NCBI GenBank assembly: GCA_046723735.1
Contig: JBKOVB010000088.1
Location: forward strand, 6,571 to 70,570
Direction of reading: 5' to 3'
Length of the DNA stretch: 64,000 nt
From: Actinomycetota bacterium
GTDB taxonomy: Bacteria; Actinomycetota; Actinomycetes; Mycobacteriales; SCTD01
The notes under the pieces were generated by a model. The model had not been told where the DNA came from, made no database searches, and saw only the letters and a program-made list of their open reading frames with translations. Below are positions 37,510 through 46,178 of the stretch, piece after piece. Positions within the stretch are counted from its first letter, which is position 1; each line of letters starts with the position of its first letter. The position numbers were made by a program, and so were the translations under genes.

Positions 37510-38445
37510 TCAGTGCGCGTTGGCCGAGAGCCAGCGCTCAGCGTCCAGCGCGGCGGCGCAGCCGGTGCCTGCGGCGGTGACGGCCTGCCGGTAGGTGTGG
37601 TCGACCAGGTCGCCGGCGGCGAAGACGCCGTCGAGGTTGGTGCGGGTGCTGCGGTCCTCGACCAGGACGTAGCCCTCGTCGTCGAGGTCGACCTGACCCT
37701 TCACCAGCTCGGAGCGCGGGTCATGACCGATCGCCACGAACAACCCCGCGGCGGGCAGGTCGGTCGTCTCGCCGGTCTGGACGTTGCGCACGGTGACGGA
37801 CTCCAGCCGGCCGTCCCCGTTGGCCGACACGACCTCGCTGTCCCAGACGAAGCGGATCTTGTCGTTGGCAAAGGCCCGGTCCTGCATGATCTTCGACGCG
37901 CGCAGCGTGTCGCGACGGTGCACGACCGTGACGGACTTGCCGAACCGGGTGAGGAACAGCGCCTCCTCCAGCGCGCTGTCACCGCCGCCCACGACGACGA
38001 TGTCCTGCTCGCGGAAGAAGAAGCCGTCGCAGGTGGCGCACCAGGACACACCCCGGCCGGACAGCTCCTTCTCGCCCGGGACGCCCAGCTCGCGGTAGCC
38101 GGAGCCCATCGCGAGCACGACCGTGCGCGCGAGGTACGTGTCGGTCTCGGTGCGCACCACCTTGGGGCTGGCCGTGAGGTCGACCGACGTGACGTCGTCG
38201 GTGACGAACGTGGTCCCGAACCGCTCGCCCTGGGCGCGCAGCTTCTCCATGAGCTCGGGCCCCATGATCCCCTCGGGGAAGCCGGGGAAGTTCTCCACGT
38301 CGGTGGTGTTCATCAGCGCGCCGCCGGCGGTGACGGACCCCTCGAAGCAGACCGGTGCCAGCCCGGCGCGCGCCAGGTAGATCGCCGCGGTGTAGCCGCT
38401 CGGGCCCGAGCCGATGACGATCACGGGGTGGACGGTCTGGGTCAC
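37510..38445 (-). CDS. trxB: Thioredoxin-disulfide reductase
   Basis: FAD motif [14 protein letters not shown], redox centre CATCDG, NADPH motif [12 protein letters not shown]. Confidence 0.95.
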   Translation of the reverse strand: MTQTVHPVIVIGSGPSGYTAAIYLARAGLAPVCFEGSVTAGGALMNTTDVENFPGFPEGIMGPELMEKLRAQGERFGTTFVTDDVTSVDLTASPKVVRTETDTYLARTVVLAMGSGYRELGVPGEKELSGRGVSWCATCDGFFFREQDIVVVGGGDSALEEALFLTRFGKSVTVVHRRDTLRASKIMQDRAFANDKIRFVWDSEVVSANGDGRLESVTVRNVQTGETTDLPAAGLFVAIGHDPRSELVKGQVDLDDEGYVLVEDRSTRTNLDGVFAAGDLVDHTYRQAVTAAGTGCAAALDAERWLSANAH

Positions 38446-38528
38446 GGAGGGCCTCTCTCAACAACGGCGGGGCGTGCGCCAGGGGAACGCCATCGTAGAG
38501 CCGCCTGTTCCCCTGGCAGGATCACCGC

Positions 38529-39080
38529 ATGTCCCTCGCGTCGGTCCCCGACCCGGCCAGCCTGATCAGCAGCGCCGCCCCCGAGCCGCGCTGCGTGGCC
38601 CATCCCGGCCGTCCCGCCGTGGACCGATGCCCGCGCTGCGGCAGACCGCGCTGCGGAGCGGACGCGACAGGCCCGCGGTGCGCGGTGTGCGGTGCGGCCG
38701 AGCAGGTCGCCGCGCCGCGGGAGCTGACGGCGGCCGAGGTGGTCGTCCGGGCAGCGTTGGGTGCGACGGCCGTAGCGCTGCCCGCGGGGTGGGTGCTGTC
38801 GGAGTACGTGTCCTCGCCGTTGCTGCAGTACCTCGCGCCCGTGGTGGTCGGTGTGGCGTGCGCCGGGGCGGCGACCTGGGCCGCTCGCGACCCGCGCGGC
38901 CCCGTGCGGCCGTGGGTGCGGCTGGTCGCGGTGCTGTACGCCGTGCTGGGGACGGCGCTGGGGTTCGTGCTCGAGGGCACGTACGGCGTGCTCAGCGCCG
39001 ACCTGGACGTGCTGGTCCCGTACGCCGCCGCGGCCGGGGGCGCGTGGTTGTGGTCGGCGCCGCCGCGGCGCCGTACCTGA
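38529..39080 (+). CDS. Zinc-ribbon membrane protein of unknown function
   Basis: N-terminal CVAHPGRPAVDRCPRCGRPRCGADATGPRCAVCG, followed by about four hydrophobic helices. Confidence 0.55.
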   Translation: MSLASVPDPASLISSAAPEPRCVAHPGRPAVDRCPRCGRPRCGADATGPRCAVCGAAEQVAAPRELTAAEVVVRAALGATAVALPAGWVLSEYVSSPLLQYLAPVVVGVACAGAATWAARDPRGPVRPWVRLVAVLYAVLGTALGFVLEGTYGVLSADLDVLVPYAAAAGGAWLWSAPPRRRT

Positions 39081-39101
39081 GCCCCTCCCTCCGGGAAAGG
39101 C

Positions 39102-39935
39102 TCAGGGCTTGGGCAGGCGCGCGAAGAAGAGCAGCTTGGCGTCCGCCTGCTCGCACGCCGCGCCCACCACGAAGACGTCCACCTTGTCCGGCTTGTTCGC
39201 GGGGAGCACCACCACGAGGGCCGGCTGGTCCTTGTAGCGGGCGTAGTCGAGGGCGAGCGGCAGCCCGGGCTGGCTGGGGTCCGACAGGGCGCTGAGGCAG
39301 GAGGCCAGCCCCTCGGTGGTGCGCAGGCGCGCGAGCGAGTCCGCGCGCTGCGCGAATCCCGTCGTGGTCCGCGCCGGGGTCCCCGCGCTGCCGAGACCGT
39401 CGGCCGAGGGTGGTGCTGGTGACGGGGCGGGGGCCCTCTCCGCCGCCGCGGTGCCGGCCAGCAGCGCGGGTAGCTGCTTGTCCAGGGTCGGCGTTCCGGC
39501 GCCGTAGTCGACGCCTGTGCTGCTCACGTTCCACCGTGCGCGGGACGCCTGCGTGCTGGTGGTGCCGCTGTCCCGGTGCGCGAGCAGCAGGCCACCGGCC
39601 GCGAGGACCGCTGCGGCGGCGGCACCCGCCGCGACGCCCCACACCAGCCGTCGGCGGGGTCGCCGCGCGTCGAGGGGCAGCACGTCACCGCCCGGGCTGC
39701 CCGCCTCGCGCCGGGCTGCGGCCACCGCGGTCAGCAGCCTGTCCTCGAGGTCCGGCGGCTGCGGCGGCGAGGGGAGGGAGGAGAGCGCGGCCGAGACCGA
39801 CGGCATCGCCGCAGCCAGCTCGGCGAGCCGGGCCCGGCAGGAGCCGCAGGTGTCGAGGTGCTCCGGGGCCGTCACGCCGGCGAGGACGTCGGCGAGCGTG
39901 TCCAGGTCGAGGTGCTCGTTCGGCGCGTCGCTCAC
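39102..39935 (-). CDS. Anti-sigma factor (ZAS type, single TM, extracytoplasmic domain)
   Basis: The GTG start overlaps the sigma gene stop (GTGA). HxxxCxxC motif (HLDTCGSC), a TM helix (LVWGVAAGAAAAAVLAAGGLLLA) and a C-terminal conserved domain. Confidence 0.75.
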   Translation of the reverse strand: MSDAPNEHLDLDTLADVLAGVTAPEHLDTCGSCRARLAELAAAMPSVSAALSSLPSPPQPPDLEDRLLTAVAAARREAGSPGGDVLPLDARRPRRRLVWGVAAGAAAAAVLAAGGLLLAHRDSGTTSTQASRARWNVSSTGVDYGAGTPTLDKQLPALLAGTAAAERAPAPSPAPPSADGLGSAGTPARTTTGFAQRADSLARLRTTEGLASCLSALSDPSQPGLPLALDYARYKDQPALVVVLPANKPDKVDVFVVGAACEQADAKLLFFARLPKP

Positions 39936-40564
39936 AGGTCTCCTCCTTCCGGCTCCGGGCCTGCAGATGGGACGGGGCTCGGGCCGTTCGGGTTCCGCAG
40001 GTGACCGAGGAGCACCGCGAGCCGCACCCGCCCGCGGGAGCAGCGGCTCTTCACGGTCCCCTCGGGCACTTCGAGCACGACCGCGGCGTCGGCCACCGAG
40101 AGCCCCTGCAGGTCGACGAGCACGAGGGCGACGCGCTGCTCCACCGGGAGCGCGGCCAGCCCCTTCTCCACCTCGAGCGCGGTCTCGCGCTCGGCGAGCA
40201 CATCCCGCGGGTCCGCCGGAGGGTCCTGCGGCAGCGGCACGGTGGGTCGCACCGCGCGGCGGCGGGCGCGGTCGAGGCAGGCGTTCACGACGACGCGGTG
40301 CAGCCACGTCGTGACCCGTGCCTCCCCTCGGAAGCTGCCCGCGGCCCGGAAGGCGGACACGCAGGCGTCCTGCACGGCGTCGGCCGCCTCCTCCGGGTCG
40401 CCGAGCGTGCGCAGGGCGACGGCCCACATGCGGCCGCGGTGCCGGCGTACCAGCTCGTCGAAGGCCGAGGCGTCGCCGGCGGCGTGCGCCGCGAGCAGCG
40501 CCCGATCGTGGGCGTCGTCCTCGTCGACGGCGGTCGGGCTCACGGGCGGAAGGCTAGTGCTCAT
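39932..40564 (-). CDS. ECF RNA polymerase sigma factor (SigM-like by synteny)
   Basis: Region 2 (DAVQDACVSAFRAAGSFRGEARVTTWLHRVVVNACLD) and region 4 (LVLVDLQGLSVADAAVVLEVPEGTVKSRCSRGR). Confidence 0.9.
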   Translation of the reverse strand: MSTSLPPVSPTAVDEDDAHDRALLAAHAAGDASAFDELVRRHRGRMWAVALRTLGDPEEAADAVQDACVSAFRAAGSFRGEARVTTWLHRVVVNACLDRARRRAVRPTVPLPQDPPADPRDVLAERETALEVEKGLAALPVEQRVALVLVDLQGLSVADAAVVLEVPEGTVKSRCSRGRVRLAVLLGHLRNPNGPSPVPSAGPEPEGGDL

Positions 40565-40574
40565 CCTGGTGAGT

Positions 40575-42119
40575 TCACGTGACCTGCAGCGCGGCGATGC
40601 CGACCTGGTAGCGCGCGCCGTTGCGGGGCAGCTTGGTGATCCAGACGAGCAGGTAGCGCGCGGCCGTCCCGGACGGCGGCGAGAGCACGGCGACCTGGGC
40701 GCTGCCGGCGGCGGTGGCCACCGGCCGGGCGTCGGTGTCGCTGCGAGGCTTCGTGTCGGAGACCAGCAGCTCGACGTGCGCTCCGGGTGCGGTGAAGCCC
40801 ACCTGCACCCTGTGCACGGGGCGCACCCGTCCGAGGTCGAGCAGCAGGCCCACGCCGGACTTCAGGCCGCCGAAGGTCGAGGTGTTGTACAGGTCCGTGG
40901 TCCACGCGGTGGAGGCGTCCGCGTCGATCGCGTTCGGCACCTGGTCGGGGTTCTCCTGGCCGTCGCCCTGCGGGTCGAAGTCGCTGGCGGTGACCCGCGA
41001 CAGCTCCACCGGTACGGCGGCAGGCGAGGCACCCGAGGACGGACCGGCGCTCGGGGTCAGCGTCAGGGCGTCCACGGCTCCGGCCCTTCGCGGCAGCTCG
41101 CCGATCGCGAGGCCGAGGTACCAGCCGGTGACGGCGAACGCCGCCACGACGGCGACGACGGTGAGCAGCAAGGCGTGCCGGCGCAGGATGCCGGGTTCCC
41201 TCGGCCTCGTCTCGGCGACTCGCTCCCGCCGCAGCGTGGCGACGGCGTTGTCGACGGCATCGGCTAAGGCGGCCGGGGTGCGCAGCGGCGGCAGGGTCGG
41301 TAGCAGCTGCGGGTTGATCGCCCGGGTCACGACGTTGTCGAGCATCCGGGGCACTCCCGCGCGCACCTGGTGCGGCGCAGCGGCGTGCCCCCCGGCCAGC
41401 GGTGTCGGCACCAGGCTGTCGCGCGGCTGGGGAGTGGCGCCCCCCGGCCAACGCGTGGTGAGCAGCGCATACAGCAGTGCGCCCGCGTCGCGGGTGTCGG
41501 CGGCGACCGCGTCGGCGTCCAGGGTCTCCAGGACGGGACCGCCGCGGACGGCGGCGGCCACGGCCGCGTCGGTCACGCGGACCCGGCCGCTGGCGGTCAC
41601 CAGCACGTTGCGCGGGTGCAGGCAGCCGTGGCCGAGACCGGCCTCGTGCGCGGCCGTCAGCGCGTCGGCCACCTGCCGGATGACGTCCGCAGCGTCGGGC
41701 GGGGAGAGGGGCCCGACCCGCTCCAGGTGCTCGTCGAGCGGCTCACCCTCCACCCACTCGCGGATCAGGTAGGTGACGTCGTCCTGGCGGCCCGGCCGGC
41801 GCTCGGCGCCGGCGTCGTAGACGCGGACCAGCCCCGGGTGGCTGACCTTCGCGGCGCGCGCCGCGGCACGCAGGAACGGCTCGGCGTCGGCCTTGCTGCT
41901 CTTGGTCGGCGTCGGGAGCACCCGGACGGCCACCTCACGCGCCAGGACCTGGTCCTGGGCCCGCCAGAGGACCGCGGGTCCGTCCGAGGCGACCGGGTCG
42001 AGGAGGAGGTACCGCCCTGCCAGCAGGTCTCCGACCTGCAACGGCCCTGGCAGCACGTGACTCCTCCGCTCGCCGGCGAACTGGGTGGGGGACACACGGG
42101 ACGGCCCGGTGCCGCCCAC
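40575..42119 (-). CDS. MurJ-associated pseudokinase with TM helix and extracellular carbohydrate-binding-like domain
   Basis: Kinase fold with degenerate catalytic motifs: VAVRVL instead of VAIK, HGCLHPRN instead of HRDxKxxN, and no DFG. This is followed by a TM helix and a discoidin-like C-terminal domain (ASTAWTTD...). Confidence 0.8.
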   Translation of the reverse strand: MGGTGPSRVSPTQFAGERRSHVLPGPLQVGDLLAGRYLLLDPVASDGPAVLWRAQDQVLAREVAVRVLPTPTKSSKADAEPFLRAAARAAKVSHPGLVRVYDAGAERRPGRQDDVTYLIREWVEGEPLDEHLERVGPLSPPDAADVIRQVADALTAAHEAGLGHGCLHPRNVLVTASGRVRVTDAAVAAAVRGGPVLETLDADAVAADTRDAGALLYALLTTRWPGGATPQPRDSLVPTPLAGGHAAAPHQVRAGVPRMLDNVVTRAINPQLLPTLPPLRTPAALADAVDNAVATLRRERVAETRPREPGILRRHALLLTVVAVVAAFAVTGWYLGLAIGELPRRAGAVDALTLTPSAGPSSGASPAAVPVELSRVTASDFDPQGDGQENPDQVPNAIDADASTAWTTDLYNTSTFGGLKSGVGLLLDLGRVRPVHRVQVGFTAPGAHVELLVSDTKPRSDTDARPVATAAGSAQVAVLSPPSGTAARYLLVWITKLPRNGARYQVGIAALQVT

Positions 42120-42153
42120 TCTAAGGCTGGCACCGGGCCGTCGTGGCCGTGCG

Positions 42154-42612
42154 TCAGGGGCGCCCGACGACGTACCGGCTGGTCCAGATGCGGGACAGCT
42201 TCACGACGTCGCCCGTGTGCGGCGCGTGCCAGACCCGGCCGTAGCCGGCGTAGATGCCGACGTGGGTGATCCGGCCGCTGGAGTTCTTGAAGAAGATCAG
42301 GTCGCCGACGCGCTTGGACGTCTTGGAGACGTGGCGCACGACCGTGTACTGGCGGGCGGAGCTGTGCGGCAGGCGCTTCCCGAACCGCTTGAAGACGTAG
42401 AGCGTGAAGCCCGAGCAGTCGAAGCGGTAGGGGCCGGCGGCGCCCCACTGGTACGGCGCGCCCTTGTGACGGGCGGCCTCGTGCAGGACGTTCGCCTGGT
42501 AGGTCGTCATGGCGTTGGCGGGAGCGGCCGTGGTGGCCAGCACGCCGAAGACGGAGAGAAGGGCGATCAGGACAGCGGATGCGCGCAGGCGCAGTCGAGC
42601 AGAGGACAGCAC
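42154..42612 (-). CDS. Secreted NlpC/P60 (C40) peptidoglycan endopeptidase
   Basis: Signal peptide ending in APANA. Catalytic motif YRFDCSGFTLYVF and HVGIYAG..WHAPHTGD. Confidence 0.9.
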   Translation of the reverse strand: MLSSARLRLRASAVLIALLSVFGVLATTAAPANAMTTYQANVLHEAARHKGAPYQWGAAGPYRFDCSGFTLYVFKRFGKRLPHSSARQYTVVRHVSKTSKRVGDLIFFKNSSGRITHVGIYAGYGRVWHAPHTGDVVKLSRIWTSRYVVGRP

Positions 42613-42625
42613 GGAGTTCCTTCCT

Positions 42626-42810
42626 GACGCCTGCGAGGTGAGCTGTCGGGTTCGGACGGGAAGGTGTCCGGCCGCTCACTCGCTGTCACCGACAGCGCGC
42701 GTGCGGCTTCACCCCGAGTCCGCGCTCCGGGTGGAGTGCGGACGAAGGACCTTGGGTCCCCCGCTCCTGCCCCTCGGTGGGGGGACGTCTCCCGCGTGCT
42801 CAGCGGGGAG
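42626..42810 (-). promoter_or_regulatory. ydaO/yuaA-type cyclic-di-AMP riboswitch in the 5' UTR of the NlpC/P60 gene
   Basis: The minus strand shows the conserved blocks CGCTGAGC, GAGCGGGGGACCCA, CTCGGGGTGAAGCC and CCGAACCCGACAGCTCACCTCGCAGGCGT, ending 13 nt before the GTG start. Confidence 0.75.
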
Positions 42811-42928
42811 GTCGGTGGGGCAGGACTCGGCGTGCCGACCGGACGTCAGGATGTGTGGTCGTCACCCGGGGGCGACGACGGGTTGTGGTGGAGCTGCCAC
42901 GAAGCGTGGCTCTCCGAAGGTATCGGCC

Positions 42929-42954
42929 GAACGGCGCCGACCGTTGAGCCGTTC
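42929..42954 (-). terminator. Hairpin downstream of the RipA-like gene
   Basis: 7-bp stem GAACGGC / GCCGTTC with a 12-nt loop, and no U-tract. Confidence 0.25.
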
Positions 42955-42985
42955 AGCGTAGCGTGAGACCACTGTCACGCTCCGG

Positions 42986-44071
42986 TCAGGACGAAGAAGG
43001 ACGAATCGCTCCGGCGTACCCGTCGAGGTAGACGGCCTGCAGCCGGACCACGTCTCCGGTGTGCGGGGCGGCGTACATCAGCCCCTGGCCGGCGTAGATC
43101 GCCACGTGGTGGATGGTGGCGGGGTCGGCCGGGTCGAAGGCCCAGAACAGCAGGTCGCCCGGGAGCAGGGCGCCGAGCTCGACGTGCGGCCCCACGTACC
43201 ACTGCTCGCGCGACGTGCGCGGCAGCACCACGCCTCCCGCGCGGTAAGCGGCGCCTGTCAGCCCGGAGCAGTCGTAGGCGTCGGGGCCGGTGGCGCCCCA
43301 GACGTAGGGCTTGCCCAGCTGGCTGTTGGCGAACGCCAGCGCGGCGGTCGCGGCGGCCGTGGGCGGGACCTCGGGGATGTTGCCCAGGGCGGCCCGCGCA
43401 GCCGCCAGGGTCTGCGAGGCCTGTGCGGCAGAGGCGGCGTCCAAAGCACGCTGCTGCTGCGCGACCAGGTCGCGGACCCGCTGGTCGGCGGCGGCGAGCA
43501 GTGCGTCGGTGCGGGCGAGCAGCGTCGTGACGGCGTCAGCCTTCGCCGCCACCTGCTTCTGCAACGTGGTGCGCAGCGCGGCGGCCTGGGTCAGCTGCCG
43601 GGTGGCCGCGGCCTGCCGGGCGACGACCCGGTCGGCGGTGTCCTGGGCGCGGCCGTCCTCGTGGAGCACGACACCGACCTGGTGCACCCGCTGCGCGACT
43701 TCCGAGATCGAGCTGCTCTCCAGCACGTGGGCGTACAGCCCCGCCGTACCGCCGGCCATGTAGAGCGCGCGCACCCGCCGGGCGGCGACGTCGCTCGACC
43801 CGGCGGCGGCGAGGCGGGCCTGGTCGAGCTCCTGCTCGGCGAGCAGCTGTGCCGTGACGGCGGCGCCGAGCCTGGCGTACGCGGCGTCGTAGGCCTCGGT
43901 GGCCATCTCGGCCTGCTGGCGCAGCTGCTCGACCTGCGCCCGGAGGGCGGCAGCCCGGTGCCGGGCGTCGCCCAGCGGCTCCGCGGCGGCGGGGGAGTGC
44001 GTCGCTGTGACAGTGGCAGCGAGCAGGCCGCCGACGAGGAGCGTGGCCGCCGCCGTACGGAGGCGTGTCAC
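42986..44071 (-). CDS. RipA-like coiled-coil NlpC/P60 peptidoglycan endopeptidase
   Basis: GTG start at 44071 (VTRLRTAAATLLVGGLLAA signal). Long Ala/Gln-rich coiled coil. C-terminal motifs YVWGATGPDAYDCSGLTGAAY and HHVAIYAG..YAAPHTGD. Confidence 0.85.
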   Translation of the reverse strand: MTRLRTAAATLLVGGLLAATVTATHSPAAAEPLGDARHRAAALRAQVEQLRQQAEMATEAYDAAYARLGAAVTAQLLAEQELDQARLAAAGSSDVAARRVRALYMAGGTAGLYAHVLESSSISEVAQRVHQVGVVLHEDGRAQDTADRVVARQAAATRQLTQAAALRTTLQKQVAAKADAVTTLLARTDALLAAADQRVRDLVAQQQRALDAASAAQASQTLAAARAALGNIPEVPPTAAATAALAFANSQLGKPYVWGATGPDAYDCSGLTGAAYRAGGVVLPRTSREQWYVGPHVELGALLPGDLLFWAFDPADPATIHHVAIYAGQGLMYAAPHTGDVVRLQAVYLDGYAGAIRPSSS

Positions 44072-44075
44072 CTCA

Positions 44076-44456
44076 TCAGGTCCCGGGGGTGCCGGTGCCG
44101 GTCTGGCGGATCTGCGTCCAGGACTTGAGCGGCCCGACGTAGTGCATCCAGAGCGTCTTCGGCGTCCGGTCCACCGTGAGCGTGACGCGGCCGTCCGCGT
44201 CCACCTTGAAGGTCTTCGTCTCGATGGCGTCACCCTTGCCGTCGACGGAGCGCACGGCGGCTTCGTAGGCCGCCTGCACGTCCTTGGACGACCGGAAGGA
44301 GTCGGCGGCGGCGTTGGCGGCGGTGGTGGCGTCGTCCGCGGCACCGAAGTTGGCCGTGAGCACCATGAATCCGTCGTAGGCGACCACCCCGAGCAGCGCG
44401 AAGCCGATGGCGAGCCGGGTCAGCCAGCCGAGGACGATGGAGCCGCGGTCGTTCAC
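44076..44456 (-). CDS. Membrane-anchored protein of unknown function
   Basis: 126-aa product with an N-terminal TM helix (WLTRLAIGFALLGVVAYDGFMVL). It lies 4 nt upstream of the RipA-like gene. Confidence 0.6.
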   Translation of the reverse strand: MNDRGSIVLGWLTRLAIGFALLGVVAYDGFMVLTANFGAADDATTAANAAADSFRSSKDVQAAYEAAVRSVDGKGDAIETKTFKVDADGRVTLTVDRTPKTLWMHYVGPLKSWTQIRQTGTGTPGT

Positions 44457-44527
44457 CCTGACGGGTTCGGCCGATCAGTGCCGTCCCTTGAGCCGCCCGG
44501 AGCACGGACGTGCCCGTTCCGCCCGGT

Positions 44528-46132
44528 TCAGGGCTGACGCGTGGGGACCCGTCGCAGCATCGGACCGAGCAGCTCGTCCACCTCGGGTACGCGCACCCGG
44601 CGTACGGCGACGACGTAGCCGATCAGCAGCACCGCCCCGCCCAGCGCGAGCGCGACGAACGACGTCGACGTGGCGTCGCCCAGCGTGCGGTCGGTGGCCA
44701 GGACCACCAGCACGGCCGCCAGGGCCGGGCCCAGCGCGGCGAACACGCAGCGGATCGCGGTGCGAAGCACGTGGCCGGCAGGGTCGCGCGGCACGTGCCG
44801 GGCCAGCACCGACGTGCACACCACGACCCCGACCAGGTACGACGAGGCCTGGCCGATCGCGAGGCCGAGCACCTTCCAGCGGTCCGGCAGCGAGACGTAC
44901 AGCAGCACGTCGACGACCACGGTCACGACGTTGACCGCCAGGTTGACCATGGCGGGCGTTCGGGTGTCCTGCAGGGCGTAGAACGCCCGCAGCTGCAGCT
45001 GGTAGGTGCTGAACGCGACGAGGCCGCAGGCGAACACCGCCAGCAGGGTCCCGATGAACTGCGCCTCGTCGTCGGTGGTCCGGCCGTGCCCGAAGACGAC
45101 GACCGCGAGGTCCCGGCCCAGCACGAGGTAGCCGACGGCGGCCGGGACGAGGACGGCGATCGTGGTGCGCAGGCCGCGGTCGAGCTGCCGACGGAGGTCG
45201 AGCAGGTTGCCCTCGGCGGCGTCGCGGCTCATGGCCGGGAGCAGGGCGGTGATGACGCTGACGGCCACCACCGCGTGCGGCAGCTGCCAGAGCAGGAAGG
45301 CGCTCGTGTACGACGGGTAGCTGCGCCCCTCGGGCGCCCCGCTGGCGAGCCGGACCACGACCACGAGCACGAGCTGGTTGCACAGCACGTAGAAGAACGT
45401 CCAGCGGGCGAGCCGGGCGGCGTGCCCGAGACCGCTGCCGCGGACGTCGAACCGCGGCCGCAGCTGCAGGCCGGTGGCGCGCAGGGCCGGCACGAGGGCG
45501 ACGGTCTGCGCCACGATGCCGAGCGTCACGCCGATCCCGAGCACCAGCACCTGGGTGTCGGTGATCGTGGCGCTGGTCAGCTCGGCGGGCCCAGGGACCA
45601 GCCAGAACACCAGCAGCGTCACGATGACCACGACGTTGTTGACGACCGGCGCCCACATCGGCGGACCGAACCGCCCACGGGTGTTGAGCCAGGCGCCGAG
45701 GATGGCGCCGAGCCCGTAGAACAGCATCTGCGGCAGGAAGAAGCGGGCGAACGTGATGGCCAGCGCGCGGTCGTGGCTGTTGGCGCCCGGGTTGAGGTAG
45801 AGGTCGACGACCTGGGGCGCGAGCGCGACGAGGACCGCCGCGGCGCCTCCCAGGACGATCACCGTGAGGGTGAGCAGCCGCTGGGCGTACTGCTCGCCGT
45901 ACTGGTCCTTGTCGGCGCGCACGAGCAGCGGCACGACGACGCTGGTGAGGATCCCGCCGAGCAGCAGCTCGTAGACGATGTTCGGCGCGGTGTTGGCGAC
46001 GTTGAAGGCCAGCGCGACGCCCTTGACGCCGAGGACGGCCACGAGCAGCGCGGTGCGCAGGAAGCCGGTGGTGCGGGAGGCCACGGTGCCGGCGGCCATC
46101 GTGCCGACGCCGCGCAGGTGGCTCACCGACAT
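44528..46132 (-). CDS. murJ: Lipid II flippase MurJ (MviN)
   Basis: N-terminus GTVASRTTGFLRTALLVAVLG..FNVANTAPNIVYELLLGG and about 14 TM helices. Confidence 0.95.
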   Translation of the reverse strand: MSVSHLRGVGTMAAGTVASRTTGFLRTALLVAVLGVKGVALAFNVANTAPNIVYELLLGGILTSVVVPLLVRADKDQYGEQYAQRLLTLTVIVLGGAAAVLVALAPQVVDLYLNPGANSHDRALAITFARFFLPQMLFYGLGAILGAWLNTRGRFGPPMWAPVVNNVVVIVTLLVFWLVPGPAELTSATITDTQVLVLGIGVTLGIVAQTVALVPALRATGLQLRPRFDVRGSGLGHAARLARWTFFYVLCNQLVLVVVVRLASGAPEGRSYPSYTSAFLLWQLPHAVVAVSVITALLPAMSRDAAEGNLLDLRRQLDRGLRTTIAVLVPAAVGYLVLGRDLAVVVFGHGRTTDDEAQFIGTLLAVFACGLVAFSTYQLQLRAFYALQDTRTPAMVNLAVNVVTVVVDVLLYVSLPDRWKVLGLAIGQASSYLVGVVVCTSVLARHVPRDPAGHVLRTAIRCVFAALGPALAAVLVVLATDRTLGDATSTSFVALALGGAVLLIGYVVAVRRVRVPEVDELLGPMLRRVPTRQP

Positions 46133-46178
46133 GGTTCGCTCCGGCGCTCACTCGCAAGCTCGCTCGCTTCTCCGCTCA
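46133..46178 (-). repeat. Junction cassette copy B (DUF6049 stop to murJ start)
   Basis: Minus strand: TGAGCGGAGAAGCGAGCGAGCTTGCGAGTGAGCGCCGGAGCGAACC, followed by ATG. It is homologous to 4792-4838 and 901-948, and its core is homologous to 29116-29132. Confidence 0.6.

Noticed and set aside
40568-40583. A third parS-like site, GAGTTCACGTGACCTG.
   Set aside because: Only the central TTCACGTGA core matches (about 9 of 16 positions). The sequence is simply the last codons and stop of the pseudokinase gene.
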